Part shown: positions 47,701-57,695 of the stretch, piece by piece
Numbering within the stretch: the stretch's first letter is position 1
Layout of the letters: each line of letters begins with the position of its first letter
DNA from: Macrostomum hystrix
Taxonomy: Eukaryota; Animalia; Platyhelminthes
Direction of reading: 5' to 3'
Length of the DNA stretch: 64,000 bases
Assembly: GCA_950097015.1 (NCBI GenBank)
Contig: CATNEN010000001.1
Coordinates: forward strand, 22,444,001 to 22,508,000
The notes under the pieces: model-generated
Seen by the model: only the letters and a program-made list of their open reading frames with translations
Database searches by the model: none
Told to the model about the DNA's origin: nothing
Translations under genes and position numbers: made by a program

Positions 47701-49805
47701 CGCTGGCTCGTTGCAGCCAGTCCTGCCTGCGAGCGACTAATCCCGCTGTGTCAAGGTCCTCGGGTCAGGAGGATCAGCAGTTAGCTCGTTGCAGCCAGTC
47801 CTGCCTGCCGACTGTTGGTCCCTCCGTGGGACAGGGAGCAGAGGTGGAGGGGAGTTGTCAGACTCGTTGCGACCAGTCTCGCCTGTCAAGGACACCCCCT
47901 GTTGCCAGGGCTCCTGGGTCCAAGGACAAGGAGGACAAGGACAGTGGAGAGCTGCCTCCGGTAAGAGCAGTGGTGACAGAGTTCCTGAAGGTGCCGGTTA
48001 GCCAGGTCGAGTTGCTAGAAGCTCAGCACCAAGACCCGGCAATCCGATACCTGACGGAACTGAAGCTGTCAGGAAGGGACAAGCCCAGGTTCGATCAGCG
48101 ACTCCAGATGCCGAAGGAGGTCAGAGACCTCCTGGGTGCATTTGAGGAGCTGGAGGTGCGCGACGGGCTGCTCGTCATAGACTTTGATGACAACCGGCCG
48201 CCGCGACCAGTGCTACCGAAAGCGTTAGACTCGCGTGTCTTTGAGGCCTTGCATGACTCACCCCTGGCGGGTCATCTCGGCCAGTCCAAGACAGTGCAGA
48301 GAGTGAGAGACAGGTTCTGGAGACCCGGTCTCTGGTCGGAGGCGACGGGGTACGTGGCACGTTGCAGGACATGCCTGGAGAGCAAGACAAGGCGGAAGGA
48401 GATAGTCCCACCGCAGAGCTATCCAGTGTGTGAGGTTTTGGGAAGGGTGCACGCCGACGTAATCGGGCCTTTGTCTCAACCAAGTGCCCGAGGACATCGG
48501 TACATCCTCACCCTGTGTGATGCAACATCGAAGTACCCGTTTGCCTACCCGATGCGAAACCAGAAGACGAAAACCGTAATTAAACTGCTGCTGGATAGGT
48601 TCATTCCCGAGTACGGTGCACCAGCCTGGTTGCACACGGACCAGGGGACGAACTTTATGAGTGCAGAGTTTGAGGACTTCTGTAAGCTGTATGGCATCCG
48701 TCATACGCACACGTGTCCCTATAACCCGGCCAGCAATGGCCAGGTCGAAAACCTGAATCGCCAAATCAAGTCAGTGCTCACGTGCTTGTTGGAAAAGGAT
48801 CACAAGGATTGGGACCTGATGCTGCCCGCGTGCTTAATCGCGTTGCGCACCAGTGTCCACCCTGTGACCGGGTACACGCCGTACTTCCTGGTCTTCGGAC
48901 GGGAGTACCGGCTGCCCGTAGACAACACGTTGACTGCGCTGGCTGAGTACGCAGACTCGCCAGATTATCTCCGACATTTCCAGGAGCGCATAGACCAGGC
49001 GGTCAATTGTGCCCGGGACAAGCTCGAGAGGTACCAGGTGCTGCGTGAAGAACACTACCAAGAAAGACCGCAGGCGAGACCACTCCGCCCAGGCCAGCTG
49101 GTCCTGCTTAACAACCCGGTGATCGAATCCGGCGAGATCAGCAAATTCCATCGGCCTAGACAATCGGTCTACGTAGTGCTCGAGTGTAAGGGCGAAACGG
49201 TGTACAAGATCAGGCGACACGGCAACACCAGGAAGGCCAGGAAGCAGGTGCTGGTAGTCCACCGGCGCAACCTGCTCCCGGTACCGGCCTCAATATGCGA
49301 CAGGACGGAAGAGGCGAGCCCGGCACGGCGGAAGCTCGGAAGGCCACCCAAGGGTAGCCCTCCAGTAGCTGACGCGGCCGGTGAGCCTGCCGACAGCGAC
49401 GACGACGACGACGACGACGACGAGATCGGCCTGTGGAGCGCTCGAAGGTGGCACCTGCGACCACGAGTTGTTTCCAGGCCGAATCTCCACGAACCGGCCG
49501 GTCCAGAGATCTGCAACGGAGAAGAGGCGGGGGAGGCGTATGGTGATGTGGTTGTCCTGCCGTCGGACAGTCCGTTGCCCTCTCCAACCCTGTCCCCTAT
49601 CCCATCCTCTGTGCACGGGGAAGTTGCAGAAAGTGTTAGGGCCGAAGGTGTAGGTGAGGCTGCTCAGATAGGTGGAGCTAGGGATCAGGAGCCGCAGCAG
49701 AGGCCGCAAAGAGTTAGGCGAGAGCCGGAAAGGCTGCAGGTCGATCCTAGCAGGAAATCCTATTTCATCAGAGCAATGTATGGCCTACCTACGATGTTTC
49801 AGTGA
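44694..49805 (+). CDS. Pol (protease, RT, RNase H, repeat-containing insertion, integrase)
   Basis: LLDSGS, YIDDIL, DTDAS..TRKELLA..SDHKAL, HDSPLAGH..CRTC, HADV..TDQG..NGQVE; no in-frame stops. Confidence 0.95.
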   Translation, partial: RDGEEHGRQCPSQSSSWTGLRETEESAGGEGRGSPSTSFLERWYASNADPYVTAMVSKKTVPFLLDSGSRRCLIGSETWASLRQVVPHAVLTGESALCDFDGSRLPVLGRVAFEVRLGDYAVDVEFCVTKGEHENILGIDFMRQHTQKIDFPKGMLTMKSGTRVPLRFTRREARASRVYSLEQTTVPARSSMLVAVKLAGGRTDCHGTPLLVESLRSGLKPGASQVEMAPTLLTMADGTGCVEVVNTSCFPAVIRRNGLVGLARPLKADELEYLPELEETPVRQVQAEGLESDEAWLEEVEICERLTEEQRHRVKEMLRECREAFAMHPLDHGVTDLVTHEIIVTDPTPVRIPPRRIPPHLMEQLDKMLDEMLAKGIIKPTFSSYNTPLLIVPKKDKTIRIVLDYRELNSRCLKHVYPLPDIQQTFEHLRGAQYYSALDLAQGFWQIPLREQDRHLTAFSVHHRGQFEFTVLPMGMTDSAGSFQRCINKLLEGLTPRVALGYIDDILVHSPTFDDHLEHLRMMLTRIREAQFKLKPKKCHLFKRELHYLGHVVTPEGILTNEDKIAELRGWPTPRSAKELRSFLGLAQYYKKFVRNYSGIAAPLHELTRRDITSLKGLWKTEHERAFQGLKDALCSTEVLAYPEYTSDPKVTFVLDTDASDDRIGACLNQLQSDGVERPVGYYSRKLRGPETRYTTTRKELLAVVDAMRHFRYFLVGKKFVVRSDHKALLWLMHQTEATGILGRWVERMSEFDFTIVHRPGKSHQNADSMSRKPDNPVNCSFGVVTPHNMFDASACTRQFSSQLEEGQERDNEQVEVNEAAEPLRAVKPKAQDVVDGRPGWEAAVSEGLVEEPVLEPVEVRQDKAVLQGCQEDTTAGQPVRREAPVNGAPQSARCSQFCLQTVDAAVQTVATEGSWSQGATREEHWVRGCDAKAQVQTQVVAEGSEVKEKVPARCSQSCLQAPDPEPLVCPETEEEVSARCSQSCLQTPNPAVEEFSETGEKSLARCSQSCLRATNPAVSRSSGQEDQQLARCSQSCLPTVGPSVGQGAEVEGSCQTRCDQSRLSRTPPVARAPGSKDKEDKDSGELPPVRAVVTEFLKVPVSQVELLEAQHQDPAIRYLTELKLSGRDKPRFDQRLQMPKEVRDLLGAFEELEVRDGLLVIDFDDNRPPRPVLPKALDSRVFEALHDSPLAGHLGQSKTVQRVRDRFWRPGLWSEATGYVARCRTCLESKTRRKEIVPPQSYPVCEVLGRVHADVIGPLSQPSARGHRYILTLCDATSKYPFAYPMRNQKTKTVIKLLLDRFIPEYGAPAWLHTDQGTNFMSAEFEDFCKLYGIRHTHTCPYNPASNGQVENLNRQIKSVLTCLLEKDHKDWDLMLPACLIALRTSVHPVTGYTPYFLVFGREYRLPVDNTLTALAEYADSPDYLRHFQERIDQAVNCARDKLERYQVLREEHYQERPQARPLRPGQLVLLNNPVIESGEISKFHRPRQSVYVVLECKGETVYKIRRHGNTRKARKQVLVVHRRNLLPVPASICDRTEEASPARRKLGRPPKGSPPVADAAGEPADSDDDDDDDDEIGLWSARRWHLRPRVVSRPNLHEPAGPEICNGEEAGEAYGDVVVLPSDSPLPSPTLSPIPSSVHGEVAESVRAEGVGEAAQIGGARDQEPQQRPQRVRREPERLQVDPSRKSYFIRAMYGLPTMFQ

Positions 49806-49881
49806 TCTCCTGTCCGAATCTGCTCGGAGAAGACGCCTCAGAGAGATAGAATAAGAAGTAGCGAAAGCAAAAAGAGAAAAG

Positions 49882-50787
49882 ATGGAGAACAAAGAAAATG
49901 ATGCGCCAGAAGGAAGACAGCCGACGCGTCCCCGCCTGATGGGCAGCGTCCGCAGAGTGGGTGCGCCGTTAGAGGTAAGAATAGAGATTTTAAGGGGTCA
50001 ATTTGGCAGAGGTGCGCCCTTTCCACTGGGTCAGCGCCCGCCGGATTGGCACAAAAAGTTCATGCCCTCACTCCCCCGTTCGCAGCAGTTACTCAAGCGA
50101 CCGGCTAGTGAGGCAGGAAATGCGCCACCCAAAAAGAAATGTAAAGCGGTGCAAGTGGCTCCTACCACGACAGAGGCCAGCGTCCAGGTACGGAGGCCTG
50201 TCTCTAGCTCCAGCAGTAGTGGGTCAAACGAGGCCCAAGTTGACCCACAAGAAGATCTGTGGGCAGCGCTACTAGAGGGCATGCCCTCAGAAGATGAAGG
50301 GTTATCCGACCCGGATTCGCCTGAGGAGTTGCCAGTAGCCGAAGGGCCAGCAGCACCGCCACCACAGCTATGGCTGCCACCCCAGGCCTCAACCTCTAGT
50401 GATAGCCAAGGGGAGGCGGAGGCAGGTGTCAGGCCGAGAAGACGGCGGGGCGGCGCCCAACGCCGAAGGCAGCGACGGGCACAGTGGGGTCTGCGGACAC
50501 CAGCTCGGCAGCACGCTGTCTTCGAGGTAGCACAGGCTTTGGCGAGGGCGGCACGAGGCGAACAGGACTACGGGTGGCCGGCAGAGGTCCACCAAGCCTT
50601 CGCCAGTGAAGACAAGGCCACACGCAGAGAGATGGCCCACGAAGCGGCAGCCAGGGCCGAAGTATTGGTCGGCGGACCGGCGATGGCGCCGCACTTGCTA
50701 CTAGCACGCTTCGGGCAAGTGGCGATCGAACTAGTGGAAGAATGGTGGCTGCCAGAAGCCCTGATGAGGATGGCCCAAGCTCCGTGA
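49882..50787 (+). CDS. Gypsy ORF3, non-env accessory protein (301 aa)
   Basis: ATG-initiated ORF between pol and the 3' UTR with the same base composition as pol; no signal peptide or TM segment; basic motifs. Confidence 0.7.
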   Translation: MENKENDAPEGRQPTRPRLMGSVRRVGAPLEVRIEILRGQFGRGAPFPLGQRPPDWHKKFMPSLPRSQQLLKRPASEAGNAPPKKKCKAVQVAPTTTEASVQVRRPVSSSSSSGSNEAQVDPQEDLWAALLEGMPSEDEGLSDPDSPEELPVAEGPAAPPPQLWLPPQASTSSDSQGEAEAGVRPRRRRGGAQRRRQRRAQWGLRTPARQHAVFEVAQALARAARGEQDYGWPAEVHQAFASEDKATRREMAHEAAARAEVLVGGPAMAPHLLLARFGQVAIELVEEWWLPEALMRMAQAP

Positions 50788-53700
50788 ACCAAATTCGGGC
50801 GATCTGACCTGTGTGTTTGTTATTTTATCCAGGTTATAAAACAAGAGCATCATTGTTATCCAGATCATGGATCTCGTTGAAGTAGTAAAAACACAATCTA
50901 CTGTTTGTTATGCGGTTCCTTATTATTGCCAGCTGTTTTTATTTTCTGCTCAAGTGCTCATGTCTTAGCTGCAAGGTTGTTTGTGCACTGGTGCGCATGG
51001 TAACCTCTTTTTGTGCGCCTTCGCGACATTGTGACAAGATTTCGGTGTTATGTGTGCTCCATTTTGTAGCTACTATGCTGGTTATTAGTTATAGTTGTTT
51101 TTTTTAATTTGGTGCGCCATGATGGATGGAATAAATATAAAGTGCTTACCTGATTTTGGTTTAAGTGCGGCTGACGGCCAGCCGATGTTGACCGTCATCC
51201 TTTAGCTGGAGGAGAATGATGTGCTGTAGACTGCTGAGCAGCCTCCAGGCAATCTGAGAGTCAGGCTGTCCTAGGTCTGTGGGAGGGCTAGGGTTGGTAG
51301 TTAGTGTTTCCCGTGCACTGTCACATCCGCTCGCCACCCCCTCCGCTCTCTCTCTCTCTCTTTCCAGCTCTGTCTGCGCACTGAGTCACATTGCACACCA
51401 TGGTGCAATCGCTTAAGTTCGGAAGAAGACTGGCAGAACAACGCTCAAATGCTCCTACTATAAGTAGAGCACAGTCCGACGAATCCTTGAGATGGTGTTG
51501 TTATTATGGTAGCACGTTTTCTGTATGAATATGGCACGTTTCTTGTCTCCAGTCTTCATGCCTGCCGGATCCTTCCGAATTAGTGGACCTCACAGTCCTA
51601 GTGAGCGGAAAAAGCCAGACAGAACCGATTTCCAAGCCAGAGATAACCTTTTCTGGTTCGGTTTTAGGGGCCGCTCAAGTTAGCTCTCTTACCTCTCTAA
51701 GAGGTAATCCCTCTCTAGTCGTAGGTTAGGCCAGTTCCTCTCTCCTTGCCTCCTCTCTAAGAGGAAGCGCCTTTTCCTTCTCCCGTTGCCTCCTCTCTAA
51801 GAGGAGGGCCTTCTCCCTCTCTCCCTTTTGTGCTCCCCCTCCTTTCCTCCTCCGGTCCCTGCTACCCTCTCTAAGAGGCTAGCCCCTGTCCTTCCTCTGC
51901 CCGTGTCCTCGCTCCCCTGCTACCCTCTTTAAGAGGTTAGCTTCCGTCCCTGTCCCCCTGTCCCTGTCCCTGTCCGTCTCTTCTCTCTTCTTTTTTGCTT
52001 GCTTTAGTTTTATTTTTACTTATTGTGTACTTTTAGTTTTAATTGCAGTTTTATTATACTGATTTACTTTTAATTGCAGTTTTATTATATTGATTTAGTT
52101 TTACTTTATTGTTTAATACCAGTTTTAATTTGATTTATTGATTGTTTTACTTTTACGATTTAATACTTTAATTAATTGCACTCGTTTATTATACTACTTA
52201 ACTGAATTTGCTTATACTTTCTCATTTATAATACTCTCACTTTTAATTGAATTTATACTACTTTTACGTTTTATTGATTAATTGTCCAATTACTTTACAG
52301 GTTTTACTTTAATTGAATTTATTCTACTTTAATTTATATTACTTTTACACTTAATTTACGTTATTTGATTTATACTACTTACATTTAATTGCTTTAATTT
52401 ACTTTTCTTTCTCTTCTTCTCTTTCCCCCGGATCCGGCACCATCTCTACTTAGATTAGTTTAGCTTTTTATTAACATTAGAAATCCTAGCAATGTCCACA
52501 AAGCCAAAGAATCCCAAAGACGCCAAGCCGACCAAGCAGCAGCAACCGCCTCCAGTCCAGACCAAACGCAGCCTCCGCCAATCAACCGATGCAGTCGCCC
52601 AAGCCGCAGCTACTGACAAAAAACAACGACGCCAGTCCGCAGCTCCAACCCAAGCCAGCAGCAACACCACCGAGGACACTGAGATGCTTTCTCCACCCGC
52701 ATCCAGTACATCCTCTCCCAACAACACCGTTATCCAAGCCCAAGCCCAAGACCAAGCCCAAGCCCAAGCCCAAGCCGACAAGCCGAGCCCGATCAGCAGT
52801 CCGAGCGACTCCAATGCTGGTCCAACGACGGCGAGTGCACGCAACTCCACAGGTAGCAACTCTTCTTCTTCCACTTGCACTTCCACAGCCTCCAGGAGCC
52901 TTGACTTGCTCGCCATCAACAGTCTTGGTTCCTACACCAAATATCTTGTTCTTGACACTTGCCCGGTCGACTTTTATCCAAAAGCATTCGCCAGTCTTGC
53001 CGATGACCTCCTCAAAACCATCCAGGACGAAATCCTTCCCCTTGCCACCATCCATCGCTCTCAAGGTCGTCCGGAACCCAGACAGATCGTCTGGTATGGA
53101 CCCTCTTACTCTTATTCTGGCGAGACCATTCCAGCCAACAACAACTGGCATCCAATTATCCGTAACATCGCTCAACTCCTGTCGTCTCAACTTGACTTAC
53201 CGGCCTTACTAGCACGCTTCGGGCAAGTGGCGATCGAACTAGTGGAAGAATGGTGGCTGCCAGAAGCCCTGATGAGGATGGCCCAAGCTCCGTGAACCAA
53301 ATTCGGGCGATCTGACCTGTGTGTTTGTTATTTTATCCAGGTTATAAAACAAGAGCATCATTGTTATCCAGATCATGGATCTCGTTGAAGTAGTAAAAAC
53401 ACAATCTACTGTTTGTTATGCGGTTCCTTATTATTGCCAGCTGTTTTTATTTTCTGCTCAAGTGCTCATGTCTTAGCTGCAAGGTTGTTTGTGCACTGGT
53501 GCGCATGGTAACCTCTTTTTGTGCGCCTTCGCGACATTGTGACAAGATTTCGGTGTTATGTGTGCTCCATTTTGTAGCTACTATGCTGGTTATTAGTTAT
53601 AGTTGTTTTTTTTAATTTGGTGCGCCATGATGGATGGAATAAATATAAAGTGCTTACCTGATTTTGGTTTAAGTGCGGCTGACGGCCAGCCGATGTTGAC

Positions 53701-55715
53701 CGTCATCCTTTAGCTGGAGGAGAATGATGTGCTGTAGACTGCTGAGCAGCCTCCAGGCAATCTGAGAGTCAGGCTGTCCTAGGTCTGTGGGAGGGCTAGG
53801 GTTGGTAGTTAGTGTTTCCCGTGCACTGTCACATCCGCTCGCCACCCCCTCCGCTCTCTCTCTCTCTCTTTCCAGCTCTGTCTGCGCACTGAGTCACATT
53901 GCACACCATGGTGCAATCGCTTAAGTTCGGAAGAAGACTGGCAGAACAACGCTCAAATGCTCCTACTATAAGTAGAGCACAGTCCGACGAATCCTTGAGA
54001 TGGTGTTGTTATTATGGTAGCACGTTTTCTGTATGAATATGGCACGTTTCTTGTCTCCAGTCTTCATGCCTGCCGGATCCTTCCGAATTAGTGGACCTCA
54101 CAGTCCTAGTGAGCGGAAAAAGCCAGACAGAACCGATTTCCAAGCCAGAGATAACCTTTTCTGGTTCGGTTTTAGGGGCCGCTCAAGTTAGCTCTCTTAC
54201 CTCTCTAAGAGGTAATCCCTCTCTAGTCGTAGGTTAGGCCAGTTCCTCTCTCCTTGCCTCCTCTCTAAGAGGAAGCGCCTTTTCCTTCTCCCGTTGCCTC
54301 CTCTCTAAGAGGAGGGCCTTCTCCCTCTCTCCCTTTTGTGCTCCCCCTCCTTTCCTCCTCCGGTCCCTGCTACCCTCTCTAAGAGGCTAGCCCCTGTCCT
54401 TCCTCTGCCCGTGTCCTCGCTCCCCTGCTACCCTCTTTAAGAGGTTAGCTTCCGTCCCTGTCCCCCTGTCCCTGTCCCTGTCCGTCTCTTCTCTCTTCTT
54501 TTTTGCTTGCTTTAGTTTTATTTTTACTTATTGTGTACTTTTAGTTTTAATTGCAGTTTTATTATACTGATTTACTTTTAATTGCAGTTTTATTATATTG
54601 ATTTAGTTTTACTTTATTGTTTAATACCAGTTTTAATTTGATTTATTGATTGTTTTACTTTTACGATTTAATACTTTAATTAATTGCACTCGTTTATTAT
54701 ACTACTTAACTGAATTTGCTTATACTTTCTCATTTATAATACTCTCACTTTTAATTGAATTTATACTACTTTTACGTTTTATTGATTAATTGTCCAATTA
54801 CTTTACAGGTTTTACTTTAATTGAATTTATTCTACTTTAATTTATATTACTTTTACACTTAATTTACGTTATTTGATTTATACTACTTACATTTAATTGC
54901 TTTAATTTACTTTTCTTTCTCTTCTTCTCTTTCCCCCGGATCCGGCACCATCTCTACTTAGATTAGTTTAGCTTTTTATTAACATTAGAAATCCTAGCAA
55001 TGTCCACAAAGCCAAAGAATCCCAAAGACGCCAAGCCGACCAAGCAGCAGCAACCGCCTCCAGTCCAGACCAAACGCAGCCTCCGCCAATCAACCGATGC
55101 AGTCGCCCAAGCCGCAGCTACTGACAAAAAACAACGACGCCAGTCCGCAGCTCCAACCCAAGCCAGCAGCAACACCACCGAGGACACTGAGATGCTTTCT
55201 CCACCCGCATCCAGTACATCCTCTCCCAACAACACCGTTATCCAAGCCCAAGCCCAAGACCAAGCCCAAGCCCAAGCCCAAGCCGACAAGCCGAGCCCGA
55301 TCAGCAGTCCGAGCGACTCCAATGCTGGTCCAACGACGGCGAGTGCACGCAACTCCACAGGTAGCAACTCTTCTTCTTCCACTTGCACTTCCACAGCCTC
55401 CAGGAGCCTTGACTTGCTCGCCATCAACAGTCTTGGTTCCTACACCAAATATCTTGTTCTTGACACTTGCCCGGTCGACTTTTATCCAAAAGCATTCGCC
55501 AGTCTTGCCGATGACCTCCTCAAAACCATCCAGGACGAAATCCTTCCCCTTGCCACCATCCATCGCTCTCAAGGTCGTCCGGAACCCAGACAGATCGTCT
55601 GGTATGGACCCTCTTACTCTTATTCTGGCGAGACCATTCCAGCCAACAACAACTGGCATCCAATTATCCGTAACATCGCTCAACTCCTGTCGTCTCAACT
55701 TGACTTACCGGCCTT
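50700..55715 (+). repeat. Apparently exact 2508-bp tandem duplication (50700-53207 = 53208-55715)
   Basis: Same sequence at constant offset 2508, covering the ORF3 end, 3' UTR, half LTR and LINE 5' part. Confidence 0.95.
52492..53295 (+). CDS. Chimeric ORF: LINE ORF1 N-terminus fused in frame to the gypsy ORF3 C-terminus
   Basis: ...SQLDLPA|LLARFGQVAIELVEEWW... at the duplication junction 53207/53208. Confidence 0.5.
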   Translation: MSTKPKNPKDAKPTKQQQPPPVQTKRSLRQSTDAVAQAAATDKKQRRQSAAPTQASSNTTEDTEMLSPPASSTSSPNNTVIQAQAQDQAQAQAQADKPSPISSPSDSNAGPTTASARNSTGSNSSSSTCTSTASRSLDLLAINSLGSYTKYLVLDTCPVDFYPKAFASLADDLLKTIQDEILPLATIHRSQGRPEPRQIVWYGPSYSYSGETIPANNNWHPIIRNIAQLLSSQLDLPALLARFGQVAIELVEEWWLPEALMRMAQAP

Positions 55716-57618
55716 CAACTCTTGTCTTGTCAACATCTATCGGACTGGCAACGACTTCGTAGGTTTCCATTCCGACAACGAGCCCGAACTTGGGCGAAAT
55801 CCAGTCATCGCATCTCTTTCTCTTGGCGCCACGCGAGAATTCCGATTCCGAGCCATCTCCAACCGAGCCATTCTTCATTCCGAACCTCTTTATCACGGTA
55901 GTCTCATCGTCATGCGAGGTGAAACCCAGCAACTCTGCCAGCACTCCATCATCCAGGACGCCCGCGTCAAAGGCATGCGCATCAATCTTACCTTCCGAGT
56001 CACTTCTCCAGTCATCCAGGACATCGACGACTTTAATCCAGCTCCAGTAGCTCCATCCATGCCGTCCAGAACCCTTGACTCTTCCGTCTACGAGGTCGTC
56101 GAGGAATGCAACCGCACTATCACCGAGGAACGATCTTCTCCTTCCACTTCTCAACGCCAAGGTAACTCTTCTGTCCATGACAGCCAATTTCCGGATCAGC
56201 CTCCTTCTACTTCTACTTCCCAGCCAAAAGGAAACTCCAAGGTCGCACCAGTACTCTTCCTCCTTCCAAAATCGACTCTTGACGAGCTTAGGTTCGAGAG
56301 GTTCCTTAAGGACAACTTCCCGACAGTTCGCATCAAGTCCGTCCAACGCTGCTTCCACTCTTCTGGCTTCAAGGTCTTTGCTCTTGACTTTCAAGGTTAC
56401 CAGCATCTTACTTCTGACGAACTTAAGCATCCAACCATCGACGGCATCGAGGTAGAACGCCGCCTTCCCATCCGACGTGAGGACGCCCAGGTTAATTCCA
56501 GACGTCTCCCAGCCAACATCACGACTCCAAAAGCCTTGTCTTTCATCATCCGTCAGGTATCTCTTGCAACGGATCTTAAGGACCTTCTCTTGAGAATCCA
56601 GTCGGTCGAGCCCAACATCTCAGGCATTGTCCGGATTATCTCTTCTTCTTCCAATGAGCCAACTCAATTTGTCCGAGCCTTCACTACAGACTTAGGTACG
56701 CAAGCCCGATGCATTTCCAAAGGCATCCACATCGGGTTCTTCCACTTCCGATGCGAAGCCAGCAGGTCACCTCCTCCACTAATGGCAACTCAGTGTGGTC
56801 ACTGTCAGGCATTCGGCCACCATTCCAAACAATGTGATCGTCGACCAAGGTGCAGGGTCTGTGGGTCCGATCACCTAACGTCCGAGTGTGACAGTAGGCA
56901 TCCCAGCATCCCAGGTGCCTTCATCCGGTGCGCCAACTGTAAAGGTCCACACCAATCCACTGACAAAGCATGTCCGGCAAGGCAGGCAGCCAACAACCGA
57001 GTCCAGGCATGGGCATCTAAAAATCTTCCTCCTCAAGTTCAATGTCCTCCTCCTCCGAGGAGTTACGCCGCAGCTCTAGCTCCTCCACAACAACGCCAGC
57101 AACGCCAAGCCATTCCTCCTCTCATGCAAGTTCCAACACTGCCGAACAACGACTCCAGCGAGGACTTCCCTTCTCTTCCAAACTCTTCGGTACAGAGGCA
57201 ACCTTTGGTAACTCAGGTCTCTTGCCTTCTCCAAAATGGTGCACACGCCGCCGCCGCGGCAGCTCCGATCGAGATCAACTCGGAGGACGACGAGCCAAGG
57301 AACGCCCTACTGCCGACGCCGCCTAGAAACAGACGTCAGGAGCCGGCAATCAGGGTTCCACCAACACCAGCGACCCCGGGCTACAGGCAGGCGCCGATTG
57401 GCCCGAAAGTCCACGCCCTGGAACTGCTACAAGCCGTCGCCTTCGCACTGGTCCACGCTGCATTCGCCAAGCCTGAGAGCAGGACAGTGGCTGGACTCGT
57501 AGAGGCGTCCATCCAGCTGGTTCAATTTGCAACCGGGTGGCGGCCTCCGACCGTTTGGACGGCCCAACTATGCGACAATTTAAGTAAACTACAATCCTCT
57601 CTAAATTCAGTTGCTTAA
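55000..57618 (+). CDS. LINE ORF1: disordered N-terminus, AlkB-family (ALKBH2/3-like) dioxygenase domain, three CCHC zinc knuckles
   Basis: PRQIVWYG.SYSYSG, FNSCLVNIYRTGNDFVGFHSDNEPELG.NPVIASLSLGATREF, LYHGSLIVM.G..Q....HSI, RINLTFR; knuckles CGHCQAFGHHSKQC, CRVCGSDHLTSEC, CANCKGPHQSTDKAC. Confidence 0.93.
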   Translation: MSTKPKNPKDAKPTKQQQPPPVQTKRSLRQSTDAVAQAAATDKKQRRQSAAPTQASSNTTEDTEMLSPPASSTSSPNNTVIQAQAQDQAQAQAQADKPSPISSPSDSNAGPTTASARNSTGSNSSSSTCTSTASRSLDLLAINSLGSYTKYLVLDTCPVDFYPKAFASLADDLLKTIQDEILPLATIHRSQGRPEPRQIVWYGPSYSYSGETIPANNNWHPIIRNIAQLLSSQLDLPAFNSCLVNIYRTGNDFVGFHSDNEPELGRNPVIASLSLGATREFRFRAISNRAILHSEPLYHGSLIVMRGETQQLCQHSIIQDARVKGMRINLTFRVTSPVIQDIDDFNPAPVAPSMPSRTLDSSVYEVVEECNRTITEERSSPSTSQRQGNSSVHDSQFPDQPPSTSTSQPKGNSKVAPVLFLLPKSTLDELRFERFLKDNFPTVRIKSVQRCFHSSGFKVFALDFQGYQHLTSDELKHPTIDGIEVERRLPIRREDAQVNSRRLPANITTPKALSFIIRQVSLATDLKDLLLRIQSVEPNISGIVRIISSSSNEPTQFVRAFTTDLGTQARCISKGIHIGFFHFRCEASRSPPPLMATQCGHCQAFGHHSKQCDRRPRCRVCGSDHLTSECDSRHPSIPGAFIRCANCKGPHQSTDKACPARQAANNRVQAWASKNLPPQVQCPPPPRSYAAALAPPQQRQQRQAIPPLMQVPTLPNNDSSEDFPSLPNSSVQRQPLVTQVSCLLQNGAHAAAAAAPIEINSEDDEPRNALLPTPPRNRRQEPAIRVPPTPATPGYRQAPIGPKVHALELLQAVAFALVHAAFAKPESRTVAGLVEASIQLVQFATGWRPPTVWTAQLCDNLSKLQSSLNSVA

Positions 57619-57695
57619 ATTCAATGTCATGTCTGCATTCAAACCATCTGGGCTGAATCTAGAATCTAATTGTAGAAGAGAACCTAACGAAACTA

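Noticed and set aside
50910-51107. 65-aa hydrophobic Cys-rich ORF as env or a small membrane protein
   Set aside because: Lies in a T/G-rich 3' UTR where such ORFs arise by composition; its second copy is only the tandem duplication
54071-54195. HDV-like ribozyme at the LINE 5' end
   Set aside because: Hairpins are present, but I could not build the P1/P2/P3/P1.1 double pseudoknot by eye; left as generic structure
55450-56000. AlkB as a host ALKBH2/3 gene merely adjacent to a LINE
   Set aside because: It is intronless, inside the TSD-bounded element, in frame with the zinc knuckles, and shares the element's base composition
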